From assembly GCA_051893475.1 (NCBI GenBank), contig JBJFHH010000027.1, forward strand, positions 1,526-65,525: a stretch of 64,000 bases of DNA, given 5' to 3'. This stretch comes from Bacillus sp. (in: firmicutes) (lineage in GTDB: Bacteria; Bacillota; Bacilli; Bacillales; DSM-1321). Shown in pieces: positions 43,218-53,524 of the stretch. Position numbers and translations under genes: made by a program. The notes beneath the pieces were generated by a model that made no database searches, was not told where the DNA came from, and saw nothing but the letters and a program-made list of their open reading frames with translations. How positions within the stretch are numbered: the first letter of the stretch is position 1; every line of letters begins with the position of its first letter.

Positions 43218-44525
43218 ATGACGAACTTAACAGTAAATGTAATTGGAGCTGGTCTTGCTGGCAGTGAAGCGGCATGGCAGTTAGCAAATAGAGGGATTAA
43301 AGTTAATCTGTACGAAATGAGACCTGTCAAAATGACACCTGCTCATCATACAAGCCAATTCGCTGAATTAGTGTGCAGCAATTCATTGCGCGCGAATACA
43401 TTGACGAATGCTGTTGGTGTGTTAAAGGAAGAAATGAGACAACTGGACTCGCTTATTATGAAGGCTGCAGATGAATGCTCGGTACCAGCTGGTGGCGCTT
43501 TAGCAGTAGACCGTCATGAATTTGCCGGAAAGATTACTGAAACATTAAAGAACCATGAAAATGTGACAATTGTGAACGAAGAAGTCACATCTATTCCGGA
43601 AGGCATCACAATAATTGCATCTGGTCCGCTGACAAGTCCGGAGCTTTCGAAAAAAGTGCAAGAGCTTACTGGTGAGGATCATTTGTATTTCTATGATGCT
43701 GCTGCTCCGATTATCGAAAAGGATAGTATCGATTTCGATAAAGTATATGTGAAGTCAAGATATGATAAGGGAGAAGCTGCCTATATCAATTGTCCGATGA
43801 ATGAAGAAGAGTTTAATGCTTTTTATGAGGCATTAATTTCAGCGGAAACAGTTCCTTTAAAAGAATTTGAAAAGGAAATCTTCTTTGAAGGCTGCATGCC
43901 GATTGAAGTAATGGCATCAAGAGGCAAGAAAACAATGCTGTTCGGCCCGTTAAAGCCGGTAGGATTGGAAGACCCTAAAACAGGTAAACGCCCATATGCG
44001 GTTATTCAATTGCGTCAGGATGATGCGGCTGGAACGCTTTACAATCTTGTAGGTTTCCAAACTCATTTGAAATGGGGCGCACAAAAAGAAGTATTGCGAC
44101 TGATTCCAGGACTTGAAAACGCCGAAATAATACGATACGGCGTTATGCATCGAAACACATTTATCAATTCTCCAAAAGTATTAAAAGCAACTTATCAGCT
44201 GAAAGAGCAGCCGTCGTTATTCTTTGCCGGTCAAATGACAGGCGTTGAAGGATATGTTGAGAGTGCTGCATCGGGATTGATTGCAGGTATTAATGCTGCG
44301 CGTCTTGCTGGCGGTGAGGAGCCAATCGAGTTTCCTGCTGAAACAGCGATTGGAAGCATGGCAAAGTATATCACCACTACCAATGCAAAAAACTTCCAGC
44401 CGATGAATGCAAACTTCGGATTATTCCCGGAATTGCCGGAAAAAATCAGAGGCAAAAAAGAGCGCAACGAACAGCATGCTAAAAGAGCATTAGATACAAT
44501 TCAGAACTTTGTGAAAAATATATAA
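43218..44525 (+). CDS. trmFO: Methylenetetrahydrofolate-tRNA-(uracil-54)-methyltransferase TrmFO (Gid)
   Basis: [35 protein letters not shown]. Confidence 0.97.
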   Translation: MTNLTVNVIGAGLAGSEAAWQLANRGIKVNLYEMRPVKMTPAHHTSQFAELVCSNSLRANTLTNAVGVLKEEMRQLDSLIMKAADECSVPAGGALAVDRHEFAGKITETLKNHENVTIVNEEVTSIPEGITIIASGPLTSPELSKKVQELTGEDHLYFYDAAAPIIEKDSIDFDKVYVKSRYDKGEAAYINCPMNEEEFNAFYEALISAETVPLKEFEKEIFFEGCMPIEVMASRGKKTMLFGPLKPVGLEDPKTGKRPYAVIQLRQDDAAGTLYNLVGFQTHLKWGAQKEVLRLIPGLENAEIIRYGVMHRNTFINSPKVLKATYQLKEQPSLFFAGQMTGVEGYVESAASGLIAGINAARLAGGEEPIEFPAETAIGSMAKYITTTNAKNFQPMNANFGLFPELPEKIRGKKERNEQHAKRALDTIQNFVKNI

Positions 44526-44531
44526 TATACA

Positions 44532-44576
44532 TTGCAAGGGTCGCTGAATTATGTTAACATTTAGTGACCCTTGTGA
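44532..44576 (+). promoter_or_regulatory. xerC-hslVU-codY promoter embedded in a 17-bp hairpin
   Basis: TTGCAA-N17-TAACAT with TG extension; arms 44532-48 and 44560-76. Confidence 0.6.
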
Positions 44577-44587
44577 GGTGTAAAATA

Positions 44588-45484
44588 ATGAATAACAAAA
44601 GTGAATGTTTGCGTGCTTTCCTGCAATATTTACAGCTAGAGAAAAATTATTCGGATTATACGATTGAATACTACCAAAAAGATATAGATGAATTTTTTAT
44701 GTTCATGATTGAGCAAAGGATAGAAGACATACATACTGTAACGTATTTTGATGCACGGCTCTACTTAACGAAGTTATACAACAAGAATTTGGCCAAGAAA
44801 TCAATCGCACGCAAAACATCGAGTTTGCGAAGCTTTTATAAATGGATGATGAGAGAGCAAATGGTATCTGAAAACCCTTTTGCACTCGTATCAATGCCAA
44901 AAAAAGACCAGAAACTGCCGCAGTTCCTTTATGAAGAAGAAGTGGCGGTGTTGTTTAAATCCGTTAATACCGAGAATGCTCTTGGAAAAAGAGATCTCGC
45001 GTTGTTGGAATTGTTATATGCTACCGGTATACGGGTAAGTGAATGTAGTGGTTTGCAAATGAAAGATGTTGATTTTTCATTGGAAACTATTTTAGTTCAC
45101 GGCAAAGGAAAAAAAGATCGATATGTGCCATTTGGGAAATATGCGAAAGCTGCTTTGCATACTTATATTAGTAATGCAAGAAGTGAATTAATAAAGAACC
45201 AAAAGCACGATTATGTATTTGTGAATTATCGTGGGGAACCTCTAACCGATAGAGGGATAAGATATATATTAGGCAATCTGATTAATGATGCTTGCAGGGA
45301 CGGTCATTTGCACCCTCATATGCTTCGCCACAGCTTTGCGACGCATTTGTTGAACAACGGTGCGGATTTACGTTCCGTTCAAGAATTATTAGGACATTCT
45401 AACATATCATCGACGCAAATATACACACATGTTACGAAGGAGCAACTTCGTAAAGTTTATCAATCTTCACATCCACGGGCTTAA
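44588..45484 (+). CDS. xerC: Tyrosine recombinase XerC (CodV)
   Basis: LYATGIRVSE, GKGKK, HPHMLRHSFATHLL, LLGHS..STTQIY-like motif; cod operon context. Confidence 0.94.
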   Translation: MNNKSECLRAFLQYLQLEKNYSDYTIEYYQKDIDEFFMFMIEQRIEDIHTVTYFDARLYLTKLYNKNLAKKSIARKTSSLRSFYKWMMREQMVSENPFALVSMPKKDQKLPQFLYEEEVAVLFKSVNTENALGKRDLALLELLYATGIRVSECSGLQMKDVDFSLETILVHGKGKKDRYVPFGKYAKAALHTYISNARSELIKNQKHDYVFVNYRGEPLTDRGIRYILGNLINDACRDGHLHPHMLRHSFATHLLNNGADLRSVQELLGHSNISSTQIYTHVTKEQLRKVYQSSHPRA

Positions 45485-45511
45485 AAGCTCTATACGAAAG
45501 GAAGAAGCATT

Positions 45512-46054
45512 ATGGGAAACTTTCATGCAACAACGATTTTTGCCGTAAGACACAACGGGAAATGTGCCATGTCAGGTGATGGGCAAGTAACATTTGGTAA
45601 TTCAATTGTAATGAAGCATAAGGCAAAAAAAGTTAGAAGATTATTTCATGGAAATGTAATTGCTGGCTTTGCGGGATCTGTAGCTGATGCTTTTACTTTA
45701 TTTGATATGTTTGAGGGCAAACTGGAAGAATACAACGGAAATCTGCAACGTGCATCTGTTGAATTGGCGAAAAAGTGGAGAAGTGATAAAGTATTAAGAC
45801 AGCTTGAAGCGATGCTGATTGTAATGGATAGAGACAATATTTTGCTTATATCTGGAACAGGTGAGGTAATCGAGCCTGATGATGATATTTTGGCAATTGG
45901 CTCCGGAGGAAGTTACGCGTTAAGTGCGGGAAGAGCGCTTAAAAGATATGCAGGCGATACGCTGTCGGCTCGTGAGATTGCAGAAGCTGCACTAACAATT
46001 GCCGGCGAAATATGCGTATACACAAACTCTAATATTATAATTGAAGAATTATAA
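45512..46054 (+). CDS. hslV: ATP-dependent protease subunit HslV (ClpQ/CodW)
   Basis: [29 protein letters not shown]. Confidence 0.96.
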   Translation: MGNFHATTIFAVRHNGKCAMSGDGQVTFGNSIVMKHKAKKVRRLFHGNVIAGFAGSVADAFTLFDMFEGKLEEYNGNLQRASVELAKKWRSDKVLRQLEAMLIVMDRDNILLISGTGEVIEPDDDILAIGSGGSYALSAGRALKRYAGDTLSAREIAEAALTIAGEICVYTNSNIIIEEL

Positions 46055-46069
46055 AGGAGATATGAGAAA

Positions 46070-47479
46070 ATGAAATCAAAACATGTCCAATTGACTCCGA
46101 GACAAATTGTTGAAAAGCTTGATCAGTATATTGTCGGCCAGAAAGAGGCAAAAAGAGCGGTTGCGATTGCATTGCGCAATCGTTATAGAAGAAGTTTGCT
46201 TAAAGATGACTTAAGAGATGAAGTTGTTCCGAAAAATATCTTAATGATTGGCCCAACGGGTGTCGGGAAAACTGAAATTGCTCGTCGTATTGCTAAACTA
46301 GTCAATGCCCCATTTGTGAAAGTGGAAGCAACGAAATTTACAGAGGTTGGATATGTCGGTCGTGACGTTGAATCTATGGTAAGAGATTTAACGGAAACGG
46401 CTTTTAGGCTTGTAAAAGAAGAAAAAATCCAAAGTGTGAAGGAAGTTGCGGAAGCGAATGCGAATAAACGTCTCGTCGATCTTCTCGTTCCATCCGTCAA
46501 AAAATCAGCACAGATGAAAAATCCGTTCGAAATGTTCTTCGGAGGTAATACTGTTGAAGAAGATGATGCGAAAACGACAGCAGAAGAAGAAACAATCGCA
46601 AATAAAAAATCAGTCATCCGAAAAAAGCTTGCGGCAGGCGAATTGGAAAATGAGCTTGTAACGGTTGAAATTGAGGAACAGCCTCCATCTATGTTTGATA
46701 TGCTTCAAGGCTCAGGCATGGAGCAAATGGGGTTGAATATGCAGGATGCATTAAGCAATTTAATGCCTAAAAAGAAAAAGAAACGCAAAATGAAAGTTTC
46801 TGAAGCACGCAAAGTATTGACGAATGATGAAGCTGCCAAATTGATTGATATGGATGAAGTTGCTCAGGAAGCGGTTGTCAGTACGGAACAAATGGGCATT
46901 ATTTTCATTGATGAAATCGATAAAATTGCCAGCAAGTCGTCCGGCAATTCTTCTGCGGATGTTTCCAGAGAAGGAGTACAACGTGATATTCTTCCGGTAG
47001 TTGAAGGGTCGACAGTTGTAACAAAATATGGAGCGGTCAAGACTGATCACATCTTATTTATTGCAGCAGGCGCATTCCATATTTCCAAACCGTCTGATTT
47101 AATACCGGAGCTGCAAGGGCGTTTCCCAATCCGTGTAGAACTTCAAAAATTGTCCGTTGAAGATTTTCAACGTATATTGCATGAACCGGATCATGCTTTA
47201 ACGAAACAATATATTGCTTTATTAGAAACTGAAGGTATACAAATAGAATTTTCAGACGATGCTATACGTAAGATAGCTGAGGTTGCTTATGAAGTGAACC
47301 AAAATACTGATAATATCGGCGCTCGCCGACTGCACACAATTTTGGAAAAACTTTTAGAGGATCTATCGTTTGAAGCACCGGATATTACGATGGAGAAAAT
47401 TATTATTACGCCTCAATATGTTGAAGAGAAATTGGGAAGCATTTCGAAAAATAAAGATTTAAGTCATTATATTCTTTGA
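46070..47479 (+). CDS. hslU: ATP-dependent protease ATPase subunit HslU (ClpY/CodX)
   Basis: [38 protein letters not shown]. Confidence 0.97.
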   Translation: MKSKHVQLTPRQIVEKLDQYIVGQKEAKRAVAIALRNRYRRSLLKDDLRDEVVPKNILMIGPTGVGKTEIARRIAKLVNAPFVKVEATKFTEVGYVGRDVESMVRDLTETAFRLVKEEKIQSVKEVAEANANKRLVDLLVPSVKKSAQMKNPFEMFFGGNTVEEDDAKTTAEEETIANKKSVIRKKLAAGELENELVTVEIEEQPPSMFDMLQGSGMEQMGLNMQDALSNLMPKKKKKRKMKVSEARKVLTNDEAAKLIDMDEVAQEAVVSTEQMGIIFIDEIDKIASKSSGNSSADVSREGVQRDILPVVEGSTVVTKYGAVKTDHILFIAAGAFHISKPSDLIPELQGRFPIRVELQKLSVEDFQRILHEPDHALTKQYIALLETEGIQIEFSDDAIRKIAEVAYEVNQNTDNIGARRLHTILEKLLEDLSFEAPDITMEKIIITPQYVEEKLGSISKNKDLSHYIL

Positions 47480-47610
47480 ATTCAATGACAAATATTTTCT
47501 AATACTATGATTAAACGTAAAGAAGTACCGTTATTTTCAAGTGAAACAAACTGATAAACAACTTGACATAAACCAATAATGGTAGCATCTATTTAGGAGG
47601 AACTATATCA

Positions 47611-48390
47611 ATGAATTTACTCGAAAAAACAAGAAAAATTAATGCTATGCTCCAAAATGCAGCTGGTAAGCCAGTAAACTTCAAGGAAATGGCTGAAACA
47701 TTAAGCGATGTAATTGATTCTAACGTTTATGTTGTAAGCAGAAGAGGAAAATTACTAGGACTTGGCATTAACCAACAGATTGAAAATGAGCGCATGAAGA
47801 AAATGTTCGAGGATCGTCAGTTCCCTGAAAACTACACAAACTCTTTATTCAATTTACAGGAAACATCTTCAAACCTTGGCATCGACAGTGAGTATACAGC
47901 ATTCCCTGTTGAAAACAAGGAGTTATTCATCAATGGATTAACAACAATCGTACCAATCATCGGCGGCGGAGAACGTTTAGGAACATTAATTTTAGCTCGT
48001 TTAGAGGAGCAATTCCGTGATGAGCATTTAATTTTAGCTGAATACGGTGCTACTGTAGTAGGTATGGAAATCCTTCGTGAAAAAGCGGAAGAAATTGAAG
48101 GTGAAGCTAGAAGCAAAGCAGTTGTACAAATGGCGATCAGCTCTTTATCATACAGTGAACTTGAAGCGATTGAGCATATTTTCGAAGAATTGAACGGTCA
48201 TGAAGGTTTACTTGTTGCTTCTAAAATTGCAGACCGTGTAGGCATTACACGTTCAGTAATCGTAAATGCATTACGTAAATTAGAAAGCGCAGGCGTAATC
48301 GAATCCCGTTCACTAGGTATGAAAGGGACATATATTAAAGTTATGAACGACAAATTCCTAGTTGAATTAGAAAAATTAAAAAACCAATAA
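47611..48390 (+). CDS. codY: GTP/BCAA-sensing regulator CodY
   Basis: GAF domain, [32 protein letters not shown]. Confidence 0.98.
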   Translation: MNLLEKTRKINAMLQNAAGKPVNFKEMAETLSDVIDSNVYVVSRRGKLLGLGINQQIENERMKKMFEDRQFPENYTNSLFNLQETSSNLGIDSEYTAFPVENKELFINGLTTIVPIIGGGERLGTLILARLEEQFRDEHLILAEYGATVVGMEILREKAEEIEGEARSKAVVQMAISSLSYSELEAIEHIFEELNGHEGLLVASKIADRVGITRSVIVNALRKLESAGVIESRSLGMKGTYIKVMNDKFLVELEKLKNQ

Positions 48391-48394
48391 GAGT

Positions 48395-48425
48395 AAAAAA
48401 CGGCATCTAATGATGTCGTTTTTTT
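48395..48425 (+). terminator. Terminator after codY
   Basis: AAAAAACGGCATC...GATGTCGTTTTTTT. Confidence 0.75.
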
Positions 48426-48709
48426 ATTGCCTTCTTTTGAAAATACAATATGACAAATTTGTAATAATTTATTGAAAAAAATTTAGGGAAATGTAACGAA
48501 AATAGATACTAATTACCTATTGAATTATGTTTTTTTTATTTAAATAAATATGAAGTGTTAAATAGAAATCCCATTATATCAATAAAACTATAAGTAAAAT
48601 GACATTTGAAGAAAAATAATCATTAATTGGTGTAAAAATGAAAAATAGGAAAAAAGTATGCGTTATTTTTAAAAGTTTTGTTTTATTATGAATATGTTCG
48701 TAGATTTTT

Positions 48710-48793
48710 TGTCGAAAAAATTACAAAAAGATGAAAAATGTGACATATTTAGTCGTTTTATCGATAGACAATGTAAAAATACTCCTATAAAAT
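48710..48793 (+). promoter_or_regulatory. fla/che operon sigma-A promoter with upstream Spo0A box
   Basis: TAGACA(48765)-N17-TAAAAT(48788); TGTCGAA at 48710-48716. Confidence 0.6.
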
Positions 48794-48877
48794 AAGGAAT
48801 ATCATGGTTCAATAGTCTTTCTATGGAAGTGATGATAAAAGCAACCAAAGTAACATATGGAAATTGAGGTGGGGAAA

Positions 48878-49270
48878 ATGTCGCTTTTTTCAGGGACCAT
48901 TACATCTTTAGAATACGCGTTAAATTATGCATCACAGAAACAAAAAGTTATTTCAGATAATATAGCCAATGCCGACACACCTAATTATAAAGCTAAGTCA
49001 GTCAGCTTCAGCAAAATGCTTAAATTAGAAATGAATGATTCCTTTTCTGCGAACAAAACAGATAGCCGGCACATTGATTTTAGCAAATCAGAAAATAGCA
49101 ATGGTGTATATGTGAATAAAAATGTTTCTTATAACCATAATGGAAACAGCGTGGACATCGATCAGGAGATGAGTTCACTTGCAATGAATCAAATTTATTA
49201 CAATGCAGTTACAGACAGAATAAATGGGAAATTCCAATCACTGCAAAATGTTATTAGGGGAGGCAAATAA
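48878..49270 (+). CDS. flgB: Flagellar basal-body rod protein FlgB
   Basis: ISDNIANADTPNYKA, NGNSVDIDQEM; start ATG 48878. Confidence 0.96.
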   Translation: MSLFSGTITSLEYALNYASQKQKVISDNIANADTPNYKAKSVSFSKMLKLEMNDSFSANKTDSRHIDFSKSENSNGVYVNKNVSYNHNGNSVDIDQEMSSLAMNQIYYNAVTDRINGKFQSLQNVIRGGK

Positions 49271-49728
49271 TGATGACAATATTCCATAGTATGAATAATA
49301 CAGCTTCAGCTCTTACTGCTCAGCGCTTGAGAATGGACGTTATATCCTCGAATATGGCCAATGTTGATACAACTCGGGGAACATACGAAAATGGCGAATG
49401 GGTTCCATATAAACGGAAGTCTGTTGTGCTGCAATCAAAAGAAAATGGATTCACCAGTTTTTTGAACACGGCAATGGGAAAAGGTACTGCCGTTGGAAAT
49501 GGCGTGAAAGTAACTGAAATTGCGGAAGATGAAGAAACACCATTTGAACTGGTTTATGATCCGGCACATGCAGATGCCAATGAAGAAGGCTATGTGGCGA
49601 TGCCAAACGTGGATCCATTGCGAGAGATGGTTGATTTAATGAGTGCCACACGTTCTTATGAAGCAAATGTTACGGTATTTAATGCTTCAAAAAGTATGAT
49701 GATGAAGGCGCTTGAAATTGGGAAATAG
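49270..49728 (+). CDS. flgC: Flagellar basal-body rod protein FlgC
   Basis: AQRLRMDVISSNMAN, YDP.H.DA, PNVDPLREMVDLMSATRSYEAN. Confidence 0.97.
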   Translation: MMTIFHSMNNTASALTAQRLRMDVISSNMANVDTTRGTYENGEWVPYKRKSVVLQSKENGFTSFLNTAMGKGTAVGNGVKVTEIAEDEETPFELVYDPAHADANEEGYVAMPNVDPLREMVDLMSATRSYEANVTVFNASKSMMMKALEIGK

Positions 49729-49736
49729 ATAGGGGA

Positions 49737-50051
49737 ATGAACATGTGGGTATCCGGAATCGCTCCTAGCAATGATGCTTCAACAATCAATGCTGCAGGAA
49801 CGAAGCAGACCGCAACAACTGCGGAAGTAGATAAAAATTTTTCGAGCTTTTTGAAAGACTCGATTGAGCAAGTAAATGCAGCACAAATACAATCTGATGC
49901 TGTAACAGATAAATTGGTACGCGGCGAAAATGTTGATTTGCATACAGTGATGATTACTTCGCAAAAAGCGAGCATTATGATGCAAACAACATTGGAAATA
50001 CGAAACAAGGCTGTAGAAGCATATCAAGAAATTATGAGAATGCAAGTTTAA
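49737..50051 (+). CDS. fliE: Flagellar hook-basal body protein FliE
   Basis: DLHTVMI..QKAS...EIRNKAVEAYQEIMRMQV. Confidence 0.95.
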   Translation: MNMWVSGIAPSNDASTINAAGTKQTATTAEVDKNFSSFLKDSIEQVNAAQIQSDAVTDKLVRGENVDLHTVMITSQKASIMMQTTLEIRNKAVEAYQEIMRMQV

Positions 50052-50123
50052 TAGGCATCATATCCTTTTACATTAACTTTAAGCATACATAACAGAGAGA
50101 GAAAACAAGATGCATGGGGGATT

Positions 50124-51725
50124 ATGATGAAAGAAAAATTAACGCTCGCCAAAGATAAAGTAGCGGGATATTGGAGCAGCAGGCAGAAAAAACAAAAGAT
50201 TTTGCTAATTAGCGCGGTTAGTATTGCCATTGTCATGATCGTTATTGCGTCAATCTTTGCATCGAGACCTACTTTAGAGCCTCTCTATTCAAATTTGACT
50301 CCTTCAGAAACAGGAACAATCGTTGAAAATTTAAATAGCAGAGGAATCACATCCGAAATAACGGATGGAGGGACAGGAATTCTTGTTCCGAAAGAAATGG
50401 TTGATACTTTGAAGGTTGAGCTGGCGGCAGAAGGTATTCCATCATCTGGGAGCATTGATTATACATTTTTTAGCCAAAATGCCAGTATTGGAATGACTGA
50501 TAATGAATTTAATGTTATTAAACTGGAAGCCATGCAGTCAGAGCTTGCTAATTTAATTAAAGGCATAGAAGGTGTTAATGATGCAAGAGTGATGATTACA
50601 CTGCCGGAAACAGGGATTTTTGTGGCGGATACTGTGGAACAGGCTTCTGCATCCATTGTTCTAGATACAGCGGCAGGATATAAATTTGAAAATCAACAAA
50701 TTCAATCACTGTATCATTTAGTTTCCAAAAGTGTGCCGAATTTGCCGGTTGAAAACATTGTGATCATGAATCAGTTATTTGAATACTTTGATTACAAAGA
50801 TGAAAAGAACAGTAATGGCACAGTCATTGCCAATCAATTAGATGTGAAAAGAGAAATTGAAAGAGATATTCAGCGCCAAGTTCAAAATATGCTTGGGACA
50901 ATTATTGGAAGAGATAAAGTTGTCGTATCTGTTACTTCAGATATCGATTTCTCACAGGAAAAAAGCGAACATAATTTAGTTAAGCCGGTTGATGAAGATA
51001 ATATGGAAGGCATTACAATCAGTGCTCAGCGTTTGACAGAAACATTCAGCGGTGAGAATGCGGCAGGAGGGGTTCCACAAGCTGAAGATAATGGTGATAC
51101 GTTAGATACATATTTAGAGGGCAGTACCGGAGACGGCGATTATGAAAAAGTCGAAGAGACAATCAACAATGAAGTTAATCGAATCCGAAAAGAAATTGAA
51201 GAAAGCCCATACCGTATCAGAGATTTAGGCATTCAAGTAATGGTTGAGCCTCCGACAGCGGATGACCCAAGCTCATTGTCTCAACAAAGCATAGATGATA
51301 TTACGCAAATACTTGGCTCGATTATCCGTACAAGCATTGATAAAAATTCATTAGCAGGTCCTTTAACAGAAGAAGAGTTAGAAGAACGAATTTCTGTTTC
51401 TGTTCATGAATTTAACGGAAAAACGGAAAGTGTGCCGCAAGAGACGCCGTATATTCCGTGGTGGATTTATGCAATCGGAGCGATTCTATTATTGGCGTTG
51501 ATTATCGTATTAATACTTTACATTCGCAATCGTAAAAAGCAACAAAGAGAAGAAGAACTTCATATTATTGAAGAAACGCAAATGGAAGAAGAAATTGTTG
51601 TTCCGGATGTCAGCACAGAAATCGAAAATGAAGCGACGGTTAAACGTAAGCAGTTAGAGAAATTGGCAAAAGAACGACCGGATGAGTTTGCTAAATTATT
51701 GCGAACTTGGTTATCAAAGGATTAG
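50124..51725 (+). CDS. fliF: Flagellar MS-ring protein FliF
   Basis: Two TM helices, ASASIVL, KSVPNLP..NIVI, C-terminal AKLLRTWL. Confidence 0.96.
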   Translation: MMKEKLTLAKDKVAGYWSSRQKKQKILLISAVSIAIVMIVIASIFASRPTLEPLYSNLTPSETGTIVENLNSRGITSEITDGGTGILVPKEMVDTLKVELAAEGIPSSGSIDYTFFSQNASIGMTDNEFNVIKLEAMQSELANLIKGIEGVNDARVMITLPETGIFVADTVEQASASIVLDTAAGYKFENQQIQSLYHLVSKSVPNLPVENIVIMNQLFEYFDYKDEKNSNGTVIANQLDVKREIERDIQRQVQNMLGTIIGRDKVVVSVTSDIDFSQEKSEHNLVKPVDEDNMEGITISAQRLTETFSGENAAGGVPQAEDNGDTLDTYLEGSTGDGDYEKVEETINNEVNRIRKEIEESPYRIRDLGIQVMVEPPTADDPSSLSQQSIDDITQILGSIIRTSIDKNSLAGPLTEEELEERISVSVHEFNGKTESVPQETPYIPWWIYAIGAILLLALIIVLILYIRNRKKQQREEELHIIEETQMEEEIVVPDVSTEIENEATVKRKQLEKLAKERPDEFAKLLRTWLSKD

Positions 51726-51731
51726 GAGGAA

Positions 51732-52754
51732 ATGAATTTGAAGAAAGAGAAAAAAGGTGAACTGACCGGCAAACAAAAAGCAGCGATACTTCTCATTTCC
51801 TTAGGTCCTGATGTATCAGCTTCAGTTTATAAGCATTTGTCGGAAGAGGAAATTGAAAGGTTAACGCTTGAAATTTCAAGTGTAAGAAATGTCGACTCTG
51901 CGGAAAAAGAAAATATTTTAGATGAATTTCATCATATTGCCTTGGCACAGGATTATATAACGCAGGGCGGGATTGGCTATGCGAAGGAAATACTTGAAAA
52001 GGCGCTGGGAGCAGAACAAGCCGCAGCTATCATCAATCGTCTAACTTCATCTTTGCAAGTGAGACCGTTCGATTTTGCCAGAAAAGCAGATCCTGCTCAA
52101 ATATTGAACTTTATACAAAATGAACATCCGCAAACAATTGCACTTATTTTATCTTATTTAAACCCGGCACAAGCAGGGCAAATTCTTTCCGAGCTTCCTC
52201 AAGAAGTTCAGGCAGATATCGCAAGAAGAATTGCGATTATGGACAGCACATCGCCTGAAATTATTAATGAAGTCGAACAAATACTGGAAAGAAAGCTTTC
52301 AGCAACAGTAACGCAAGATTATACGCTGACAGGCGGCATCGAATCGGTTGTTGATGTATTGAACGGAGTTGACAGGGCGACAGAAAAGACGATTTTGGAT
52401 GCTTTAGAAATTCAAGATCCGGAGCTTGCCGAGGAAATCAAGAAAAGAATGTTCGTATTCGAAGATATCGTTACATTGGATGGACGTGCGATTCAGCGTG
52501 TCATTAGAGATTCTGAAAATGAGGATCTGAAGCTTGCTCTTAAAGTTGCCAGTGAAGAAGTTAAAGGCATTGTATTTAAAAATATGTCGAAGCGTATGGT
52601 TGAAATATTCACTGAAGAAATGGAATATATGGGACCTGTCCGTCTGCGTGACGTTGAAGAAGCGCAAACACGTATTGTTACTGTAATTCGCCGATTGGAA
52701 GAGGCTGGAGAGATTATTGTAGCTCGCGGCGGAGGAGATGATATTATTGTCTAG
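51732..52754 (+). CDS. fliG: Flagellar motor switch protein FliG
   Basis: KAAILLISLG, EHPQTIA, MFVFED, GPVRLRDVEEAQ. Confidence 0.98.
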   Translation: MNLKKEKKGELTGKQKAAILLISLGPDVSASVYKHLSEEEIERLTLEISSVRNVDSAEKENILDEFHHIALAQDYITQGGIGYAKEILEKALGAEQAAAIINRLTSSLQVRPFDFARKADPAQILNFIQNEHPQTIALILSYLNPAQAGQILSELPQEVQADIARRIAIMDSTSPEIINEVEQILERKLSATVTQDYTLTGGIESVVDVLNGVDRATEKTILDALEIQDPELAEEIKKRMFVFEDIVTLDGRAIQRVIRDSENEDLKLALKVASEEVKGIVFKNMSKRMVEIFTEEMEYMGPVRLRDVEEAQTRIVTVIRRLEEAGEIIVARGGGDDIIV

Positions 52755-53520
52755 GATTATTAAATCCGCATGGGCTATGTCAGATTTGAATGAGCAGAAA
52801 AAAATAGAAATAAAGACTGTTAAACTCAATCATGAATTTGAAATCAAGGAAGAGATGATTCAGCCGAGCATCGATCAGGAAGAGATTGATCTCATTTACC
52901 TTAAAGCGAGGGACGAGGCAGAGGAGATTATCCGGAAAGCGGTGCAAGAAGCTGAGAGTATCAGAAAGCAAGCGGAAGATGAAAATAACCATTGGTTCCA
53001 GACAGAGAGAGTCCGTCTGGAAGAGGATGCAAGACAGCTTGGCTACAGTGAAGGCCATCAAGTAGGCATTCAGCAAGGTTATGAGGAAATGCAAGTGCAG
53101 ATTAAGCAGGCACAGGAAGTTGTCGAGTCATCGAAAAGTGATTATCACAGTTACTTGGATTCATCTGAAAAAAAAATTTTGGAGCTGTCTCTCGAAATAG
53201 CTCGTAAAATTTTGAATGATGAAGTGGAAGAAAAGCAAGAAAGTTTCGGCCTATTAGTAAGAAAAGCAATCAAAGAAGTGAAAGAATACAATAATATCCG
53301 TCTGCACATCCATTATTCCAAATATGAATTGATTTTATCGCAAAAGCAAGAATTGGCGGCTATTCTTCCGCCAAAAACAGATTTTCATATTTATCCGGAT
53401 GATGAGGTAGAAGAAACGAGTTGCATTATAGAATCTTCAAACGGAAGAATAGATGCCGGTATTGATAGTCAGCTTCAAGAAATTAAGCGCAAATTGCAAG
53501 AGCTGTTGGAAGGGGAATAA
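52747..53520 (+). CDS. fliH: Flagellar assembly protein FliH
   Basis: GxxxG repeats (GYSEGHQVGIQQGY), GRIDAGIDSQL; probable TTG start. Confidence 0.92.
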   Translation: MSRIIKSAWAMSDLNEQKKIEIKTVKLNHEFEIKEEMIQPSIDQEEIDLIYLKARDEAEEIIRKAVQEAESIRKQAEDENNHWFQTERVRLEEDARQLGYSEGHQVGIQQGYEEMQVQIKQAQEVVESSKSDYHSYLDSSEKKILELSLEIARKILNDEVEEKQESFGLLVRKAIKEVKEYNNIRLHIHYSKYELILSQKQELAAILPPKTDFHIYPDDEVEETSCIIESSNGRIDAGIDSQLQEIKRKLQELLEGE

Positions 53521-53524
53521 GGCA

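Noticed and set aside
44549-44559. TTATGTTAACA resembling the XerD arm of dif
   Set aside because: No matching left arm at 6-bp spacing; the sequence is explained by the extended -10 element.
44588-45484. Tyrosine recombinase as a prophage or island integrase
   Set aside because: It lies in the conserved trmFO-xerC-hslV-hslU-codY context with no att sites or cargo; it is the housekeeping XerC/CodV.
47480-47610. Internal codY promoter or CodY box in the hslU-codY spacer
   Set aside because: The TTGACA has no -10 at canonical spacing, and CodY-box matches have too many mismatches to support.
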